DNA from: Balneolaceae bacterium
GTDB taxonomy: Bacteria > Bacteroidota > Rhodothermia > Balneolales > Balneolaceae
DNA: 16,493 nucleotides
NCBI GenBank assembly: GCA_040878765.1
Contig: JBBDLQ010000196.1
Location: 43,583-60,075 of the forward strand
Reading direction: 5' to 3'
In this document: positions 12,981 through 16,493 of the stretch, piece by piece
Position numbering within the stretch: position 1 is the first letter of the stretch
Layout: each line of letters starts with the position of its first letter
Position numbers and translations under genes: made by a program
Notes under the pieces: model-generated
What the model was told of the DNA's origin: nothing
Seen by the model: only the letters and a program-made list of their open reading frames with translations
Databases searched by the model: none

Positions 12981-14008
12981 TTCAAGAGCTTTTTATATTG
13001 ATTCGCTGTTTGTTCAGCTAACTTTTGCCAGGTAAATTGTGATAATATATGTTCTTTAAGCTGATCGGTATTTTCCTTTGCTAAAGCTTTTTTCAGTTCT
13101 AAAAGTAATGACTGGGTAGAATTTGGATTTATATAATAAGCATGTTTGCCAAAATATTCCTTTGTTCCGCCGCGCTCTGTAATTACAATATTTGAGCCGG
13201 TTAATGCAGCTTCCATTGCGGCTATACCGGGGGTTTCGTATTGGGAGGGAAGCACAAAAACCTTGCTTGCTGCATAGGCTGAAGATAGCATTTCAGAATC
13301 ATGATCGAGGGGTTCAATGAACGTGACATTGTTGGTTTTCTCAGCTAATATTCGGCATTTATTTCCGTATTCATCATCATTTAATGAGCCAATAATCACT
13401 ATGGGGACTTCAATACCAGATGCTGCTTCCAGCAGCTTAATTATATTTTTTCTTTCGGCTCCTGCCTGTCCTGCAAAAAGTATAAAATCCCGGATTCCGT
13501 AGGTTTTGAAAAATAACTTCGGGTCAGCATTTTGAAATTTTTCTTCAACCCCATTGGGAATCACGCTGATCTTATTGCGAGGTATCGAAAACCCTTTTTC
13601 AATCAGATGAGCTTCATCCCGGGTGTTTGGGAAATTAAGATCAGCAAGGGAACATATTTCAGCTTTAATGTTAAATTCAGATTTGAATCCGTGCACCAAA
13701 GGGGAGAGAATTTTTTCAATTTTCAACGTTGTACGAATAGTTCCGGCGCTTCTGTTTGAAAATAAAACGGTAGACAAAACAATGGGGATTTCCAGCGCTT
13801 TTATTTGCTTAACAATGCCAATATTTTCAATAGTAGCCCCAAAAACATGGATCAGATCAAAATTCCGCCTGTTGATATCATCCCAGGGAGAAAGCAGAAC
13901 CGGTTCAACCCCAAATTCACGGATATGTTGGACGGTCAATTTCGCCTGGGTGCGTAATCCTCCATTAACGGCGGCAATACTCATTGGGGCAACGTAACCT
14001 GCCTTCAT
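12977..14008 (-). CDS. Glycosyltransferase, GT4 family (GT-B fold, retaining)
   Basis: 343-aa ORF. The C-terminal half carries the GT4 E-x7-E region (LPSQYETPGIAAMEAALTGSNIVITERGGTKEYF). The N-terminal half is Rossmann-like. It overlaps both neighbours by ATGA. Confidence 0.75.
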   Translation of the reverse strand: MKAGYVAPMSIAAVNGGLRTQAKLTVQHIREFGVEPVLLSPWDDINRRNFDLIHVFGATIENIGIVKQIKALEIPIVLSTVLFSNRSAGTIRTTLKIEKILSPLVHGFKSEFNIKAEICSLADLNFPNTRDEAHLIEKGFSIPRNKISVIPNGVEEKFQNADPKLFFKTYGIRDFILFAGQAGAERKNIIKLLEAASGIEVPIVIIGSLNDDEYGNKCRILAEKTNNVTFIEPLDHDSEMLSSAYAASKVFVLPSQYETPGIAAMEAALTGSNIVITERGGTKEYFGKHAYYINPNSTQSLLLELKKALAKENTDQLKEHILSQFTWQKLAEQTANQYKKLLK

Positions 14009-15540
14009 AATCGGATCCTGTTTTTCCAGTCAAAAAGGGATGTTTTCATCAACCTGAGGTCATTTGTATTCATTTCAGCTGCTTCATTTGCATCAGGAAG
14101 ATAGTGGTTCGAAAACTTAAATTCGGCTGTTTTTGAAAGATCAATTTCAGATTCTGAACCTTTAACCAGATAGAATTCCTGATGGTTTTTTGAAACTTGC
14201 AAAAACAGCTCCGGTTCATAATTTTCGGAAAGTATTATCCGGTCATTTTCCAAAACAGCGTGGAAGCGTTGTTTTTGGCGGGAATTCCAAAAATCAGCGA
14301 AATCGTTGAAGGTCATTTTCTTCAGTCCAAGTGTATTCACTTGTTTGAATAAGTTGATTACAGACTCAAGCCCCGGTTGTAAAGGGTGGTGATAAAAGAT
14401 GGCCGGTTCAAACCTTCCAGCTTTTTGCTGAAGGATACTTTTGAAATAAGTACTCATCTCCTCCTTCTTTAAGTGTTGCCTTTTCAGGCTTCCGGTACAA
14501 ATGGGATGAATTGGAATTTGCAAGGGAAGATGAGGCTGAATTGGGCTAATAGGACAGCCGTCATATGAGTGTGTAAATTCGGAGGTATATTTAAATTCAA
14601 ATACCTTCAGGGCTTTAATTAGAGCCTTATTCCAAATTCCATAGGGAGCACAATAGCCAGTTACGTCGAATCCTGCCATTTCCAGTAAATATTTACCCAT
14701 TCGTATGTTTTCCTGGGTTTTGGCAACGGATTTAGAAGTACCGTGTTCATATCCGTGTAAAGCTATCTCCTGATTTTCAAAGGAATGAAATAGATCCAGC
14801 CAGCTTTCATGTGCTTCAACATGCAAAAACCAGGTTCCCGGTATATTATGCTCATTCAGGGCCGAATAAAGCTCATTAATTGATTCACGGTTTCCGAAAT
14901 CACTGTCAATACGAAAACAGAATACCGGTTTTTGGCTTGGTGATATCCACTTTTGTATAAAAGGTTTTGATTGCAAAAAATGCAACTCTTTTAAAACAGA
15001 CTCAAAAGCATTCATTAAAGTATGCTTGGAAACCTTGCTGACAATTTCAGAAGGGTATTTTTTATCGGGACTGTAAAACCGTTTCCGAATATGATCGCTG
15101 CTTTTAATTAATTCGGATACGTCTGCTCCAAAAAAACCAAGATTACCCTTTTTTACTGATTCAAAATGAACGAGTCCGTTTAGCAGGGAAGATTTTTTAT
15201 GCACCCGAATTCTATCATACAGGTCTATGAAAGATATGTGCTGAAAAGCTTTGTGTTCCGAATGGTTTATGAGCCTTTTTACCCGTTTAGGTCTAATGCT
15301 ATTTTTGTCATTAAAAACCATACAGTCATTTATCTCAAGCACACTTCCGCCTGTAGAAAGATAGTCTCTCAAAAGCTGTATTTGGGCTTTATCAGGCTGT
15401 TTGTTAAGGATTATGAGACTGTAAGAAGCAGGCAGGGAAGCTGAATAATCAACTTCTTCAAACCAAAGTCCGACCTGATTAAGTATTGCTCGCCAAGATG
15501 GTGTGAGATGTTGAATAGCTATGCACAGACGCTGTTTCAT
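14005..15540 (-). CDS. Three-module protein with no signal peptide: unassigned N-terminal domain (aa 1-200), NodB-homology/CE4-like polysaccharide deacetylase core (aa ~205-400), unassigned C-terminal domain (aa ~401-511)
   Basis: 511-aa ORF. The CE4-like motifs appear in the correct order:
- FCFRIDSD (Asp-x-Asp, motif 1)
- LHGYEH (H-x3-H, motif 2)
- YCAPYG (R/x-P-Y-G, motif 3)
- AIFYHHP (motif 5-like His)
I recognise no family signature in the flanking ~200 and ~110 aa. The N-terminus is not hydrophobic. Confidence 0.55.
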   Translation of the reverse strand: MKQRLCIAIQHLTPSWRAILNQVGLWFEEVDYSASLPASYSLIILNKQPDKAQIQLLRDYLSTGGSVLEINDCMVFNDKNSIRPKRVKRLINHSEHKAFQHISFIDLYDRIRVHKKSSLLNGLVHFESVKKGNLGFFGADVSELIKSSDHIRKRFYSPDKKYPSEIVSKVSKHTLMNAFESVLKELHFLQSKPFIQKWISPSQKPVFCFRIDSDFGNRESINELYSALNEHNIPGTWFLHVEAHESWLDLFHSFENQEIALHGYEHGTSKSVAKTQENIRMGKYLLEMAGFDVTGYCAPYGIWNKALIKALKVFEFKYTSEFTHSYDGCPISPIQPHLPLQIPIHPICTGSLKRQHLKKEEMSTYFKSILQQKAGRFEPAIFYHHPLQPGLESVINLFKQVNTLGLKKMTFNDFADFWNSRQKQRFHAVLENDRIILSENYEPELFLQVSKNHQEFYLVKGSESEIDLSKTAEFKFSNHYLPDANEAAEMNTNDLRLMKTSLFDWKNRIRL

Positions 15541-16493
15541 TTTAATAATTTATCTTTTGCCCATTGAAATTCGTCCAGCTGTAAAATTTCAAGTTGATGT
15601 ATGATACCCAAAAAGATAATGGATGCTATAACTGCATTTACAACAGGTAATAACGGGCTGAATGAGAATAAGATAAACAACAATATGGCCACCGGATAGC
15701 TTTTTAACAGTGGAGCGATATAATTAATTGGAATCACTTTCCTGAACCAGAAATAAGTGAATAAAGTGATGATAATTTCAGCCAATGAAACTGAAATAAC
15801 TACCAATGTAGTGTTACCTATGGCGGCAAAGCTAAATATGAGTATGGCGGAAATTGTACCCCCAAAACAGGTAGCTAAAAAGTATTCTTTGTCTTTATTG
15901 GTGGCTATTAAACCGAAGGAGAATAAACTATTTATAAAAGTGACGGCTATCATGACGGTTAGAATTTGCAGTAAAATGATACTTTCAGAATATTCAGCAC
16001 CATATAGAAAATGTATGATCGGTTCAGATGAAAGCGCAATGAATAAAGCAATGAAGGCTCCGCCACCAACCACTAATTTAAATACAGTGCTCACTTTTTC
16101 GGCAGCAACGGAACGGTCGGCAACCCAAATTGAGGCTAAATTTGGAAGTAATAAATTCACAAAAACCCGGTCAATCATCATAGCAATCACAACAATTCGG
16201 AAAGCTGCTCCATATTGGCCGGCATCATGCAGGGAAAGGATACCGCCGATAATCAGGGGTGGAAGCAGATGAACGATTTGGGCAAAGAATTTCCCCAATC
16301 CAAGTATAGAACTTGTTTTCAGTAAATCGGGAAAGATCTGAAAACCCCGTGTAGGAAGTGTAAATGGCTTATCTTTGATGGCAAAAGTACCAAGAGTTAA
16401 GGCTGCCATACTTACACCAGCGGTATATAAAACCGGAACCAGAGTGACATCTTCCACTGTTTGTACCATAAAAATGACTAAAATAAAATAAGC
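15537..16493 (-). CDS. wzx: Wzx-like oligosaccharide/polysaccharide flippase (MOP superfamily), C-terminal ~318 aa (the gene runs off the right edge of the window)
   Basis: The ORF track starts it at ATG 16469. The reading frame stays open upstream to position 16493 (...AYFILVIF-MVQTVED...), so the true start lies outside the window. The sequence shows continuous TM-helix periodicity (about 8 hydrophobic segments). Its position as first gene in a glycosyltransferase/epimerase operon also fits Wzx, but sequence-level motifs for Wzx are weak by nature. Confidence 0.65.
   Translation of the reverse strand, partial: AYFILVIFMVQTVEDVTLVPVLYTAGVSMAALTLGTFAIKDKPFTLPTRGFQIFPDLLKTSSILGLGKFFAQIVHLLPPLIIGGILSLHDAGQYGAAFRIVVIAMMIDRVFVNLLLPNLASIWVADRSVAAEKVSTVFKLVVGGGAFIALFIALSSEPIIHFLYGAEYSESIILLQILTVMIAVTFINSLFSFGLIATNKDKEYFLATCFGGTISAILIFSFAAIGNTTLVVISVSLAEIIITLFTYFWFRKVIPINYIAPLLKSYPVAILLFILFSFSPLLPVVNAVIASIIFLGIIHQLEILQLDEFQWAKDKLLK

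Noticed and set aside
13317-13997. Three plus-strand ORFs (61, 75 and 124 aa) inside the GT4 gene
   Set aside because: All are antisense to a glycosyltransferase with a clear E-x7-E region. Their composition is low-complexity and they carry no motifs or plausible start context.
15757-16272. 171-aa plus-strand ORF, the longest unexplained ORF in the track
   Set aside because: It lies entirely antisense to the Wzx-like flippase, whose frame shows coherent TM-helix periodicity and sits in an ATGA-coupled operon. The antisense product has no recognisable motif. Long antisense ORFs are expected opposite AT-rich, Leu/Ile/Phe-rich membrane genes.
1-16493. Whole-window scan for CRISPR-like spaced repeats, IS or transposon terminal inverted repeats, integrase or recombinase genes, toxin-antitoxin pairs and defence-system hallmarks (nucleases, helicases, methyltransferases, STAND/AAA+ NTPases, reverse transcriptases)
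   Set aside because: I found none. Every ORF above ~150 aa is accounted for by housekeeping, envelope or polysaccharide functions or by the T9SS cargo. The only DNA-level repeat is the in-frame PKD-like duplication.

Overview
AT-rich chromosomal segment with 16 tightly packed protein-coding genes. I found no rRNA, tRNA, CRISPR array, transposase, integrase or recognisable phage or defence genes. The Por/T9SS C-terminal sorting domain on one gene, the low GC content and weak Shine-Dalgarno signals point to an FCB-group bacterium (Bacteroidota/Balneolota-like).

Left to right, the window contains:
- A thymidine salvage trio: nupC (partial) and tdk on the minus strand, tmk divergent from them.
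- An SRPBCC-fold protein.
- aroE and pgeF, which overlap.
- A signal-peptide-bearing DinB-family protein.
- An 814-aa multi-domain T9SS-secreted adhesin-like protein.
- An envelope/lipid block: dxr, rseP, psd, pssA.
- Convergent to that block, a minus-strand surface-polysaccharide operon: wzx (partial), a 511-aa NodB-like multi-domain protein, a GT4 glycosyltransferase and wecB. Its three internal junctions are all ATGA overlaps.

Most of the window is ordinary housekeeping sequence, and I see no convincing self-contained novel system such as a defence island, toxin-antitoxin pair or mobile element. Two genes deserve a second look. The first is the 511-aa cytoplasmic protein, which has a deacetylase-like core flanked by two modules I cannot assign. 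The second is the 814-aa T9SS cargo, which has unassigned N-terminal and PNHK/LRAER modules and CPAC-containing PKD-like repeats. All homology statements come from motif recognition by eye. No database search was run.
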